From the NCBI GenBank assembly GCA_050287085.1, contig JBNKBE010000002.1, forward strand, positions 288,001-352,000: a stretch of 64,000 nt of DNA. Reading direction: 5' to 3'. Below are positions 1 through 9,787 of this stretch, in pieces; the stretch's first letter is position 1; each line of letters starts with the position of its first letter. The translations under genes and the position numbers were made by a program. The DNA comes from Polyangiaceae bacterium (GTDB taxonomy: Bacteria > Myxococcota_A > Polyangia > Polyangiales > Polyangiaceae). The notes under the pieces were generated by a model. That model saw only the letters and a program-made list of their open reading frames with translations, was not told where the DNA came from and ran no database searches.

Positions 1-230
1 TGTTTGCTGATGTAGTCGACAGCGTCTTGCACCGTTCGGATCTGCTCGGTGTCTTCGTCCGGGATGTCGATTTCGAATGCCTCTTCGAAGGCTAGAACGA
101 GTTCTACGAGCCCAAGGGAATCGGCGCCGAGATCGTCGATGAAAGAAGCTTCCGGCTTGATGTCCGCGTCTTCGACGTCCAGCTGCTCTTTGATGATCTT
201 GATTACTTCGGGCGTAATGTCGTCCGCCAT
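1..230 (-). CDS. acpP: Acyl carrier protein (3' end runs off the window)
   Basis: Manual translation [60 protein letters not shown]. Has the LGADSL phosphopantetheine motif, a GGAGG SD, and lies downstream of fabG. Confidence 0.97.
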   Translation of the reverse strand, partial: MADDITPEVIKIIKEQLDVEDADIKPEASFIDDLGADSLGLVELVLAFEEAFEIDIPDEDTEQIRTVQDAVDYISK

Positions 231-349
231 GTTTCCTCCGATTGGCGCTACGTGCGCCGCGGTTGGTGCGCCACCATGGCGCGAAAATTGGTTGGATTCA
301 GAGACCGGGCGGGCCAGGGCCAGGAGCCCCAGAGCACCCGAAGAAAGGT

Positions 350-1096
350 TCACATCAACATGCCGCCATTGACCCGTAGGGTTTGGCCGGTCACATACCC
401 CGCTTCGTCAGATGCCAGATAGACTACAGCGGCGGCGATATCGTCGGCGGTGCCAGGGCGCGCCAGCGGAACTCCGTCGAGCATGGCCGAGCGAGCTGCC
501 TCTGGCAGCGCTTCAGTCATGTCGGTTGCGATGTAACCCGGCGTGATAGCGTTGTAGGTGATGCCGCGCGACGCGTATTCTCGCGCCAGCGATTTGGTGA
601 TGCCGAGCAGCGCCGCCTTGGAGGCTGCATAGGCGGTTTGCCCGACATTGCCCATTTCACCGACCACACTGGAGATGAAGATCACTCGCCCCGTTTTGGC
701 GCGCATCATCGGTTTCAGCGCGGCTTTGGCGCACGCGATGGCACCCTTCACGTTTACGGCGAGAATACGATCGAGCTCTTCTTCTTTTAGACGAAGCAGC
801 AGAGCGTCCGTCGAAATCCCGGCGTTGGCCACCAGGATGTCGAGCCGCCCCAGTCGTTTAGCTAGAGTCGAAATGGCCTCTTCCGTGGCGGCCATGCTGC
901 CAACGTCAAAGCGCTCGGCGCTTGCCTTGCCACCGCTTGACTCGATATCGGCGATCGTATCCTGGGCGGCGCGTTCGTTGCCCGCATAGGTGATGACGAC
1001 CTCGGCCCCTTGGGTGGCCAGTGCTTTGGCCACAGCGCGACCAATACCCCGAGAGCCACCCGTCACGATCGCGGTCTTGTTTTTTAGGCTAAACAT
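350..1096 (-). CDS. fabG: 3-oxoacyl-ACP reductase
   Basis: SDR motifs [16 protein letters not shown] and C-terminal GQTLRVNGG; lies between fabD and acpP. Confidence 0.96.
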   Translation of the reverse strand: MFSLKNKTAIVTGGSRGIGRAVAKALATQGAEVVITYAGNERAAQDTIADIESSGGKASAERFDVGSMAATEEAISTLAKRLGRLDILVANAGISTDALLLRLKEEELDRILAVNVKGAIACAKAALKPMMRAKTGRVIFISSVVGEMGNVGQTAYAASKAALLGITKSLAREYASRGITYNAITPGYIATDMTEALPEAARSAMLDGVPLARPGTADDIAAAVVYLASDEAGYVTGQTLRVNGGMLM

Positions 1097-1246
1097 GAAA
1101 CGTTAACGATTTCGGTTGCTTGTGTGGAGGCGGAAACGGCGCCCGCTGTTTACCATGGTGAGCTGCTCGGCCAGGAGACAAAGTAATGACCATGGGAAGG
1201 TTGCCCGGGGAACGCCTTCACCGCCCAGGCTGCCGGGCCGCGACCG

Positions 1247-2197
1247 CTAGGTGGTAGGCGTTGCAATAAAGTCAGCTACTTGACGAACGGTTTCCGCGTC
1301 GCCGACGCTCAGGGTCTGCAACGACTTAGAGATCTTCTTGTTCAATCCCGCGAGAACCTTGCCCGACCCGAATTCAAGGGCGATTCGCGCGCCTGCGCCA
1401 AGCATCCACTCGACGCTTTGCTGCCAGCGGACAGCGCCTGCACATTGGTCGACGAGCAGTTGCGCCGCGCCCAGGGGGTCGCCGTTAGGTTGGGCGGTGA
1501 CATTTGCCACCACCGGGAACCGCAGTGGAGCCAGTTCGACGGACGAAAGCGCCGTGCGCACTTCGTCTGCCGCAGGCTGCATCAGGGGTGAATGAAAGGG
1601 CGCACTCACCTTGAGAGGGCGCACTTTCATTTTCTTATCTTTGGACAGCTCCTCGGCGCGTGCCAGAGCGGCCATGCTGCCGGCAATCACAATCTGCCCT
1701 GGGCAATTGTAGTTGGCGGGCGCCAGAACACCATCACCCCGTGCCTCATCGCAGAGCGCTTCCACCTCGCCCGCCGCGGCTCCCAGCACGGCGGCCATTC
1801 CGCCCTCACCCACCGGTACGGCGCGCTGCATCGCCTCTCCGCGAAGGTGCACGACACGCAGCGCGTCTCTCAAGGACAGGGCGCCGGCGGCCACCAACGC
1901 CGCGTATTCGCCCAAGGAGTGCCCGGCGGCGGCCAAAGGCGCAGGCAGGGACTCACCCAACACGGCCTGCACCGAGCGCAGTGCCGCAATCGCGACACAC
2001 ACCAATGCGGGCTGGGTGTTTTGCGTTAGCGTCAACTCCTCGATAGGCCCCTCGAAGCAAAGGCGAGACAGACGAAAGCCGAGCACGTCGTCGGCTTCGT
2101 CGAAGGTCGCCCGCGCTTCCGCGAACTGGTTGTATAGGTCCTGACCCATGCCCACCTGTTGTGAGCCCTGGCCAGGAAACAGCCACACGATGCCCAA
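1247..2197 (-). CDS. fabD: ACP S-malonyltransferase
   Basis: FPGQGSQ, GHSLGEY and APFHS motifs. Confidence 0.97.
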   Translation of the reverse strand: MGIVWLFPGQGSQQVGMGQDLYNQFAEARATFDEADDVLGFRLSRLCFEGPIEELTLTQNTQPALVCVAIAALRSVQAVLGESLPAPLAAAGHSLGEYAALVAAGALSLRDALRVVHLRGEAMQRAVPVGEGGMAAVLGAAAGEVEALCDEARGDGVLAPANYNCPGQIVIAGSMAALARAEELSKDKKMKVRPLKVSAPFHSPLMQPAADEVRTALSSVELAPLRFPVVANVTAQPNGDPLGAAQLLVDQCAGAVRWQQSVEWMLGAGARIALEFGSGKVLAGLNKKISKSLQTLSVGDAETVRQVADFIATPTT

Positions 2198-2203
2198 GGT
2201 GCC

Positions 2204-2404
2204 TCAGGTCTGCTCGGTCTCGGTCGTCGCTACCGCTAGCACGGCCTTGCCCTTGTACTGCCCACACTCCGGGCAGACGCGATGCGGCAGCGTTGGCGCA
2301 GAGCAGTTCGGACAGGGGATCAGGTTCGGTGCCGTGATGCGGTCGTGCTGGGCACGACGCATATCTCTGCGGCTGCTGCTCTGACGTCGTTTGGGTACTG
2401 CCAC
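2204..2404 (-). CDS. rpmF: 50S ribosomal protein L32 (Cys-containing form)
   Basis: [18 protein letters not shown] start, CPNC and CPEC motifs, AAGGAG SD. Confidence 0.97.
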   Translation of the reverse strand: MAVPKRRQSSSRRDMRRAQHDRITAPNLIPCPNCSAPTLPHRVCPECGQYKGKAVLAVATTETEQT

Positions 2405-2422
2405 AACGATACTCCTTGGATG

Positions 2423-3022
2423 TTACTTTCTGGCTTTGAGCTTCTCGGCGATCGCCTGGAGGGGCTGCAGTCGGGGATCGACGCTGCGGTCCTCGGGCGA
2501 TACCCGGGGAGGCGGCGGCATAGCCGCACCGCCTTTCGAACGCAAGTCCGAACGCAAAGGAAACATGGGCAGATCGAGGATTATTTGCTCCCGCAGGAAC
2601 GGGCCGAGATCCACCGACTCCCCTGTATACAGCTCCAGCGCCGCGTCTTCGTCGTCTAGCAACTTGTCCGCGTCGTCTTCCTTCGCCTTGGCGCCTCGCG
2701 TCCGGCCTCCGGATTGTTGGGCGCCAGGGGCCCTGCGAAGCACCAGGAAGAGAGTTGGGTTGAGGGTGTATTCCGCAGGATCGAGGGTGCGAGCGCAGGG
2801 CAGAACCACGTTCACCTTCGCCTCGCCGCGAACGACGATTTCTGCGCCATTCATGAACAATTGTAGACGTGCGCTCCCGGCTCCTTGGCCTGCGGTGGCG
2901 TCCGTGTCGGCAAGGGCCGCGCTTAGCCAATGTGGGGGCAGCTCCCAGTGAAGGTCCAACTGACCTTCGCGTTCTAGATCTGCGACGCGGAAGTGGAACG
3001 CTTCTTCGGCGATTGGGGCCAT
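2423..3022 (-). CDS. yceD: YceD/DUF177 family protein
   Basis: CARTL, DLGPFLREQIILDLP and DPRLQPL motifs; directly upstream of rpmF. Start moved to ATG 3022. Confidence 0.88.
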   Translation of the reverse strand: MAPIAEEAFHFRVADLEREGQLDLHWELPPHWLSAALADTDATAGQGAGSARLQLFMNGAEIVVRGEAKVNVVLPCARTLDPAEYTLNPTLFLVLRRAPGAQQSGGRTRGAKAKEDDADKLLDDEDAALELYTGESVDLGPFLREQIILDLPMFPLRSDLRSKGGAAMPPPPRVSPEDRSVDPRLQPLQAIAEKLKARK

Positions 3023-3194
3023 GACGGCGGCACCGTACTCCGGCCGCAGACGCATCGCAATCACCGCCGCGCGGGTTCGGCTGCGCCGCGGTGGTTGCGT
3101 TCGGAGGGGAGCGGACGGCGAAAGGGACAAGTCGTTGGGTTTCTTGCTATCAACGCAGCCCGTCCGGCGGCAAACGGCGGGCGTCGGAGCCAGT

Positions 3195-4583
3195 ATGACT
3201 TCAGCAACTTCCCCGATTCCCCGTCCTGGTCCTGCTGCGGAGCGCACCGGGCGGCCGCACCCGGATTGGCTTCTTGCGCTGGCACTCTACGCGCTGACAA
3301 CCGGGGTGTATCTGCTGATGGCACCCCGTGGGTTATTGACGGAGCATACGCCGTACAATCACTTTGCTCTGCTCGCCGAGTGCTGGTTGGATGGGCGCTT
3401 AGACCTCGGGGGCCCCCCTCCGGCTTATGCTCATAACAACGACTTCGCGCTGTTTGAGGGGCGACACTACGTGGCCTTTCCGCCGCTGCCGGCACTGCTC
3501 ATCCTGCCACTGGTGTGGCTCGCAGGAGGCGCGGAGGGGGTGGCGGACGGTCAGTTCTTCATCTGGCTTGCGGGCGTCGCGCCCGCGGCGACGTTTCTGG
3601 CACTACAACAGCTGGCCAAGACCGGGCATTGCGGTCGCTCGATGCGCGACAACCTCTTGTTAGCGGCGTTGTTTGCTTTCGGGAGCGTGTACTTCTTCAC
3701 CGCGGTGCAGGGCACGGTCTGGTTTGCGGCTCACGTTGTCGGTACGAGCCTGGCGGCGCTGTTCTTGCTGTTTGCCGTCGACGCTCGTCGACCTTGGCTC
3801 GCGGGTTTGATGATTGGGGGGGCCTTGCTGACGCGCGCACCGCTTCTGTATGCGGCCCCGTTTTTCATGCTCGAGCTTGCACGAGTGGCTCAAGCGAGCG
3901 GTAAGGACCGAGTTTCAAGCGCAGAGGGTGGAGCACCTTGGGAGCGTTTCGGTACGCTGGCTCGAGCACTTGTCCAGCGGCCGATCGTGCTCAAGGGTAT
4001 CGCCTTCTTGATCCCGGTACTCGGGGGGCTGGTCTTGACCTTATGGCTCAACCACGCGCGCTTTGGCGATCCTTTTGAGTCGGGCTACCAGTACCTGACG
4101 GTAGCCTGGCAGAAGCGGATGCAGAAGTGGGGGCTCTTTCACTACCACTACCTGCCTAAGAACCTCGGCGTGGTGCTGACCAGTCTGCCGTGGGTGGGCG
4201 AGCCAAAGGCTCCGTTTCGCATCAACGCCCATGGGTTGGCCTTGTGGTTTACCACCCCCGTCTACTTGTACCTGCTCTGGCCCAAGCAGCACGGAGCTCT
4301 CTCTCGCAATCTATGGCTGACAGTAGCCGCCGTGGCGCTGCCGACGTTGTTGTATCAGAACACCGGATGGGCGCAGTTCGGGTATCGGTTCAGCAATGAC
4401 TACGCGGTGTTCTTGTTTGCGCTCTTGGCGCTCGGCATGAGGCCCTTGGGTTGGCTCTTTCGCAGCGCGGCCCTATTTGCTGTGGTTGTTAACACGTTTG
4501 GGGCCGCTTCCTTTGGGCGCCGCGAGTTTCGCGACTACTACTTCTTCCAGGGTTCTCAGGTGCAGCTCTATCAGAAGGACTAG
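3195..4583 (+). CDS. Multi-pass membrane protein, GT-C fold glycosyltransferase-like
   Basis: About 10 hydrophobic segments. First loop YNHFALLAECWLDGRLDL...HYVAFPPLP and late FGYRFSND motif resemble PMT/ArnT-like GT-C proteins. GGAG precedes ATG 3195. Confidence 0.6.
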   Translation: MTSATSPIPRPGPAAERTGRPHPDWLLALALYALTTGVYLLMAPRGLLTEHTPYNHFALLAECWLDGRLDLGGPPPAYAHNNDFALFEGRHYVAFPPLPALLILPLVWLAGGAEGVADGQFFIWLAGVAPAATFLALQQLAKTGHCGRSMRDNLLLAALFAFGSVYFFTAVQGTVWFAAHVVGTSLAALFLLFAVDARRPWLAGLMIGGALLTRAPLLYAAPFFMLELARVAQASGKDRVSSAEGGAPWERFGTLARALVQRPIVLKGIAFLIPVLGGLVLTLWLNHARFGDPFESGYQYLTVAWQKRMQKWGLFHYHYLPKNLGVVLTSLPWVGEPKAPFRINAHGLALWFTTPVYLYLLWPKQHGALSRNLWLTVAAVALPTLLYQNTGWAQFGYRFSNDYAVFLFALLALGMRPLGWLFRSAALFAVVVNTFGAASFGRREFRDYYFFQGSQVQLYQKD

Positions 4584-4588
4584 CCCCG

Positions 4589-6751
4589 ATGCGGTGGAGT
4601 CGTACGAAGCGCCGCCGATGGATCAAGGCTGCGCGGGAGATCGCCGTCGGAATACTGTTGATGGGAGCGGCTGCAGTTCTTCCCTATCAGCAACCGGCAG
4701 CATTCACGTGGCTGACGTTTCCCTTGGGTGCGGCGTTCTCCTGGGCTGGTGTGCTGCGCTTGAGACGCACGCCACACGGGGCCCTTCTGCGCTCGGGTCT
4801 ATGCATAGCGGCAGCACTCTATGCCGTGTGGCTCTGTGTCTCGTGTGTGCAAACGACCTGGGCTCTGAGCCGTCTTTACGGCGGACTGGGGCGCGGCCTG
4901 GGGGCCACGTTGCTGGCCTTGGCGGGGGTCGTCATGGTGGTTTTGGGGCCGCTGCTAGTGGAGCTGCTAACCCGTGTGAGGCAGAAACCTCGACTGCTAT
5001 GGTGGCTATTGGTCGTGGTGCTCGGGGTGGGCATTGGCACGTGGGAATGGCAGGCGGCGTCGACCGGCCGCCGCACGCGCTTTGAGGCGCCGTCGCGCTC
5101 CGCGCTCACTTTCGCGTTGGATCGTCGCCATATTTCGGCGGCTGACGGCCGCCCTGTTCGCTCGCTTGTGCCCGCGCTATGTGCCAGCCCAGCGAGCGCC
5201 GTGGAGGCAACTGCGTTGGTCAGTGTTGGGGAGGGCAAGCCGCGATGCCTCCAGGGTCAGACCGATGCCGTCCTCGCGCAACTGGCGCGCCAGGTGAGCC
5301 AAGGTTCGCGCGTCAAAGTCGATTGGGTGAGCGTGGCCGAGCCGGCGCTGCTCCCGCGCGGCGCGTTGGCAGACGTGGTCCGATCGCTGCACCTGCGTCC
5401 GGGCTTGGACGGCGTATGTCTGCAGGAACGGTGCTTGGCCCCCTGGCAGCTGAGTGCGGGACGAGTGTTCTTTGCTGACAAGCCTTTGCCTTTTGCCGGA
5501 GGATTCCGCTTGGGGGTCTCCGAGCGACGACTGGCTCTCCTGTTTGGCAGCACTTCATTGCCTCCAGCTTCTCTGACGCGCATTGAGACTACCTCTTGGC
5601 TGATCGCGCAAGAAGGAGTGCGTCCTTTGCTGTCCGGACGAAGCGTCGCTAGCGATGTGACCGCCGACGGCTTGCGACGCGGCGCGGACGCGGCGCAGCA
5701 CTTTGTCATTGGGGCTCAGGACGTCGACGGGGGATTTCGCTACCACACGAACTTCTTCACGGCGCAGTCGCGAGGGGGAACGCCCAATTTGCCTCGTCAC
5801 GCGGGCGTGTTGATGGTCCTGTGTGAACTGGGAGACAGCAGCCCTGCGACGCGTCGAGCCGCGGAGCTGGCGGCAGCACACCTGGCGGGCTTTCGACGGG
5901 CTGTACCCGGAGACCGGGCCGTCCTGGCGCGGGGGCGGGAGCGAAGCGTATCGGTCGGCACTTTGGCTTTGGGGCTCGCAGCGCTGGTGCGCTGCCGAGG
6001 TGTTGTGGGTCCGATGCACGACGCGCTGATCGCCGAGCTCACTCGTTCGGTCTTGTCGTTGTTGCGAGAGGACGGGCGTTTTCAACCGCGGCTGCGTGTT
6101 GGGGACGGCCAGGGGCTTGCGGGGCCCACGCCTTTGTTCGCCGGCGGGCAGGCCATTCTCGCATTGGGTTTGGTCGAGGCCACCTTGGTCGACGCTCCGG
6201 AGTTAGCGGATGCGATCGGCTTGTTTTCGGCGTTGGAAAGAGCGATGGGCTACGTAGCCGAGGCCTATTGGCCTGCCTTCGCCCGGGAGCTCTTTTGGCT
6301 CCAAGAGAACTGGCATTGTGTTGCTGCCAGCGCGCTGTTGTCCACCCATGGACACCGGGCCTACCAAGACGTTTGTTTGGACTACGCTCGATTCAAGGTG
6401 CGTTTCATACTGGACGAGGACGCTGGCGGGGGCGCGTGGGCCGGGGCGATGGGCTTCGGCAACTTGTTTCCACCGCACAATGGTAGCACGGCGGGCCTTG
6501 CCGAGGCCCTGGCTGCGGCCCTGAGCATCGCGCGAGCGCGCGGGGAAGAGGCCGGGGAGCTGGAGCATGGACTGCGCGCAGCGCTCGGCTTCCTGAGCCG
6601 GCAGCAGCTCCAGCGAAGCACGTGTTTCTTCTGCGATCCGGCGGCCTACGGAGGCTTCACGGCGGAGCAGGTGGGGGTCGACGGACGTATCGATCACACC
6701 CAACACGCCTGGGCCGCCCTGGGCCATGGCCTGCGTGCTCTCGCGCTCTAG
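4589..6751 (+). CDS. Membrane-anchored hypothetical protein with a degenerate AMMECR1-like segment and a predicted alpha/alpha-barrel C-terminal domain
   Basis: About 5 N-terminal hydrophobic segments, then LRPGLDGVCL, GGFRY...NLPRHAG and RIDHTQHA motifs. Starts 5 bp after the previous stop. Confidence 0.6.
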   Translation: MRWSRTKRRRWIKAAREIAVGILLMGAAAVLPYQQPAAFTWLTFPLGAAFSWAGVLRLRRTPHGALLRSGLCIAAALYAVWLCVSCVQTTWALSRLYGGLGRGLGATLLALAGVVMVVLGPLLVELLTRVRQKPRLLWWLLVVVLGVGIGTWEWQAASTGRRTRFEAPSRSALTFALDRRHISAADGRPVRSLVPALCASPASAVEATALVSVGEGKPRCLQGQTDAVLAQLARQVSQGSRVKVDWVSVAEPALLPRGALADVVRSLHLRPGLDGVCLQERCLAPWQLSAGRVFFADKPLPFAGGFRLGVSERRLALLFGSTSLPPASLTRIETTSWLIAQEGVRPLLSGRSVASDVTADGLRRGADAAQHFVIGAQDVDGGFRYHTNFFTAQSRGGTPNLPRHAGVLMVLCELGDSSPATRRAAELAAAHLAGFRRAVPGDRAVLARGRERSVSVGTLALGLAALVRCRGVVGPMHDALIAELTRSVLSLLREDGRFQPRLRVGDGQGLAGPTPLFAGGQAILALGLVEATLVDAPELADAIGLFSALERAMGYVAEAYWPAFARELFWLQENWHCVAASALLSTHGHRAYQDVCLDYARFKVRFILDEDAGGGAWAGAMGFGNLFPPHNGSTAGLAEALAAALSIARARGEEAGELEHGLRAALGFLSRQQLQRSTCFFCDPAAYGGFTAEQVGVDGRIDHTQHAWAALGHGLRALAL

Positions 6752-6877
6752 AACCCACGGGCCCCGAGCTCCAGCGCCGTGCAGACCGGAGACGAGCCGA
6801 GAAATCGTCGATGTTCACTTGGTTCAGGGCGCCATGACTTGCCATTTCGCCGGGTGGGCGACATACAGTGCCAGGTT

Positions 6878-7996
6878 GTGAACCGACATGATGCGACGAT
6901 CGCGGAGGTGCGCGCCTCAGTGCGAGGCCTAATGCGGCGCTTTGGTCCGGACTATTGGCGTGCCCGTGACGAGGAGCGGACGTTTCCGGATGAGTTCTTC
7001 CAGACTTGCGCGGCCGCCGGATACTTCGGAGCGTTGATCCCCGAGCAATACGGCGGCAGTGCGCTCGGACCTGCCGTGGCGAGCGTGCTCATCGAAGAGG
7101 TGAACCGCGCCGGGGGAGACGCCGTTACCCTCAATGCTCAAATGGCGATCATCGGTGCGCTCGTGCGTTCCGACAACGAGCCGCTCAAGGACGTCTACCT
7201 AGCGGGCGTCGCCTCTGGTGAGATCCGAGCGTTGAGCGTGGCGGCGACGGAGAGTGATAGCGGCGCCGACATGTCGGATCTGAAGACGCAGGCGCGGCGG
7301 GCTGGCGACAACTGGATTCTCAATGGCCAGAAGATCTTCATCTCCCTTGCCGAACACACCCGCCTCATGTTCTTGCTCGCGCAGGCCGAGGAGGGGCCAA
7401 CGTTGTTTTTGCTCGATCGCGAGCTTCACCCCACCGGAATCGAGACTCACGCGCAACCGATGGTTGTCAATCGCATGACAACGACCTTGTTCATCGACGA
7501 GGTGTGTGTGGCGGACCGCTTCCGCATCGGGGCGCCCGGGCGGGGGCTCGCCACGTTGATGGGCGGTTTTGCGCCGCGACGGATCTTCGCAGCGGCGGAG
7601 GCCATCGGCAATGCTCGGTTCCTATTGGACCTTGCACTCGAGCATGCAAAGACCCGCGAGACCTTTGGGCAGCCCATCGGTAAGAATCAGGGCGTGCAAT
7701 ATCCGCTCACCCAGGCATACGCCAAGGTCGAGGCCGCCGACCTCATGCGCTGGGACGCGCTGAGCGAGCTAGCAAGTGGGGCTGACGCCGGCGGTCGCTC
7801 GGCGCTTGCCAAGATTCTATCCTCGGAGGCTGCGTGGGAAACGGCTCGTGCGGCCATGACCACGTTTGGCGGTTGGTCTCTAGCTAGCGATATGCATGTG
7901 GAACGCAAGTTGCGGGAGAGCACCGTATTCGTCTTCAACAATCTCTTGCTCAGCTACGTCTCGCAACGCGTACTTGGACTGCCCAAGGCTTACTGA
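6878..7996 (+). CDS. Acyl-CoA dehydrogenase family protein (divergent active site)
   Basis: IPEQYGG, ATESDSGAD, LNGQKIFIS, RETFGQPIGKNQGVQ, TFGGW and LGLPKAY motifs. Confidence 0.93.
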   Translation: MNRHDATIAEVRASVRGLMRRFGPDYWRARDEERTFPDEFFQTCAAAGYFGALIPEQYGGSALGPAVASVLIEEVNRAGGDAVTLNAQMAIIGALVRSDNEPLKDVYLAGVASGEIRALSVAATESDSGADMSDLKTQARRAGDNWILNGQKIFISLAEHTRLMFLLAQAEEGPTLFLLDRELHPTGIETHAQPMVVNRMTTTLFIDEVCVADRFRIGAPGRGLATLMGGFAPRRIFAAAEAIGNARFLLDLALEHAKTRETFGQPIGKNQGVQYPLTQAYAKVEAADLMRWDALSELASGADAGGRSALAKILSSEAAWETARAAMTTFGGWSLASDMHVERKLRESTVFVFNNLLLSYVSQRVLGLPKAY

Positions 7997-8055
7997 GGAG
8001 CGGCTCGGCGCTCAAGGTTTGAAAACCGGCACAAGCCGGAGAAAGTGCACTAAAC

Positions 8056-9072
8056 ATGTCTCGCCCGATCCTCGATCAGCTACGTCTAGGAGTTCCTTGG
8101 CCGACCTTGGATCCGTTCCTGTTCTGCGTGCACCACAAGGACGCCTACCCCCGTGGCAATGGCCGCATGGCACCCGCCGTGTCGCTCGCCGGCCGCGCTT
8201 TGGGACAGGACTTCTCAGGCAAAGACGGTTTCAGCATGTATCATGGCCAGTCCGTGCCGGGGTTTCCCAGCCATCCCCATCGTGGCTTTGAGACGGTGAC
8301 GATCGGTCGCGCGGGCTTGATCGACCACTCCGACTCGCTAGGAGCTACGGCGCGCTTCGGTCGCGGTGACGTGCAGTGGTTGACCGCTGGCTCCGGCATC
8401 GTGCACGCTGAAATGTTCCCTTTGGTCGAGGAGCAGCGCGACAATCCATTGGAGCTCTTTCAGATCTGGTTGAATCTGCCGAGCCGCAGCAAGTTCGTAC
8501 CTCCTTATTTTACCATGTTCTGGCGCTCGCGCGTTCCCGCTCACAGCTTCCGCGACTCGCAGGGGCGGGTGGCGACTGTGACCACCGTGGCGGGGTCTTT
8601 GGGAAGCGAAACGATGCCCGCCCCCCCGCCCGATAGTTGGGCGAGCTCTCCTGACAACGACGTGGCTATTTGGTCGTTGGCATTGGAGCCTGGTGCGTCT
8701 TGGTTGCTCCCGGCCGCAGCGGTGGGAGTCAATCGAGTGTTGTACTTCTTCGCCGGTGATGAGATTTCGATCGCGAGTGAACGCTTCGAGGAGCATCAAG
8801 GCTTCCATCTTCGGCCGGATGCGAGCGTAGAGCTCTTGGCGGGCGCGTCTGGCGCTGAACTCCTTCTCCTACAGGGGCGGCCGATCTCGGAACCAGTTGT
8901 CAACTACGGTCCTTTTGTCATGAATTCTCCGGCGGAGATCCGGCAAGCCATCGCCGACTATCAGAAGACGCAGTTTGGTGGCTGGCCCTATTCCGAAGCC
9001 GGTCCTGTTCATGGCACCGAACCGCGCTTTGCTCGTCACGCTGATGGTCGCGTCGAGCGCGCCACTGAGTGA
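8056..9072 (+). CDS. Pirin family protein
   Basis: GFPSHPHRGFETVT, HSDSLG, TAGSGIVHAE, QIWLN and YGPFVMN motifs. Confidence 0.95.
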   Translation: MSRPILDQLRLGVPWPTLDPFLFCVHHKDAYPRGNGRMAPAVSLAGRALGQDFSGKDGFSMYHGQSVPGFPSHPHRGFETVTIGRAGLIDHSDSLGATARFGRGDVQWLTAGSGIVHAEMFPLVEEQRDNPLELFQIWLNLPSRSKFVPPYFTMFWRSRVPAHSFRDSQGRVATVTTVAGSLGSETMPAPPPDSWASSPDNDVAIWSLALEPGASWLLPAAAVGVNRVLYFFAGDEISIASERFEEHQGFHLRPDASVELLAGASGAELLLLQGRPISEPVVNYGPFVMNSPAEIRQAIADYQKTQFGGWPYSEAGPVHGTEPRFARHADGRVERATE

Positions 9073-9086
9073 CGACTGAGGCCAAC

Positions 9087-9749
9087 TCAGTCGTCGAGGC
9101 GAGTTCCGTAGAACGCGGCTCGTAGCCCGAGCGTCGCGATGCTTCCAGTCAGCGTCTCGCTCGTCTGGAAGGAATAACTGACAGAGGGGCCGACGGACAT
9201 GTGCCAGAAGCGCAGTGCGTCCCAATACGCTCCAAGGCTCAGGCTAGCGAGCGAACCTCCGTCAGCGACCTTCTCATCGTCGCCGTCGACGATTCCCGCA
9301 AAGCCCGCACCAACCTCAGCGGTCAACGCGAGATCGCGATAGAAGCCCCCCGCGGCATAGGCAGGAAAAGCCTCAAAACGTAGGCCAATCATACCACCGC
9401 CGTAGCGCAGGGCTCCACTTGCGGCGATATCCGTGCGGAAGGTGAGGCCAAGCGTGAGCCAGTCGCGGGGGGTGCTGCCAACGAACACGCTCCAGGAGCT
9501 TGCGGGCGGCAGCTTGAGGCGCTGTCGATATCGAGGATTGTCGATTTGATCGATCTTGTTCGGATAACCCGTGACCAGACCGGTTCCCAAGGGCGCTAGG
9601 TTGACGCCGAGCGTGAAGCCCCCGCGGCGCTCCACCGCAACGCTGGGGAGAGGGACGTCGGCGGGATTGGCTGCGAACGTGTGTGACGCGGTTGAGAGCG
9701 CCGTTGCGCTGAGACCCACAAGCAGCGGGCACAGAACTCGAGTATGCAT
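9087..9749 (-). CDS. Putative outer-membrane beta-barrel protein
   Basis: Signal peptide, alternating amphipathic strands and terminal GLRAAFY; AGGAGG SD before ATG 9749. Confidence 0.6.
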   Translation of the reverse strand: MHTRVLCPLLVGLSATALSTASHTFAANPADVPLPSVAVERRGGFTLGVNLAPLGTGLVTGYPNKIDQIDNPRYRQRLKLPPASSWSVFVGSTPRDWLTLGLTFRTDIAASGALRYGGGMIGLRFEAFPAYAAGGFYRDLALTAEVGAGFAGIVDGDDEKVADGGSLASLSLGAYWDALRFWHMSVGPSVSYSFQTSETLTGSIATLGLRAAFYGTRLDD

Positions 9750-9787
9750 CGGACCTCCTCGGCGGATTGGGTTTAGGATGAATCGAC

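Noticed and set aside
1097..1113. Palindrome GAAACGTTAACGATTTC before fabG as an operator
   Set aside because: Only an 8-bp perfect core with a bulged flank, and no second copy at other fab genes.
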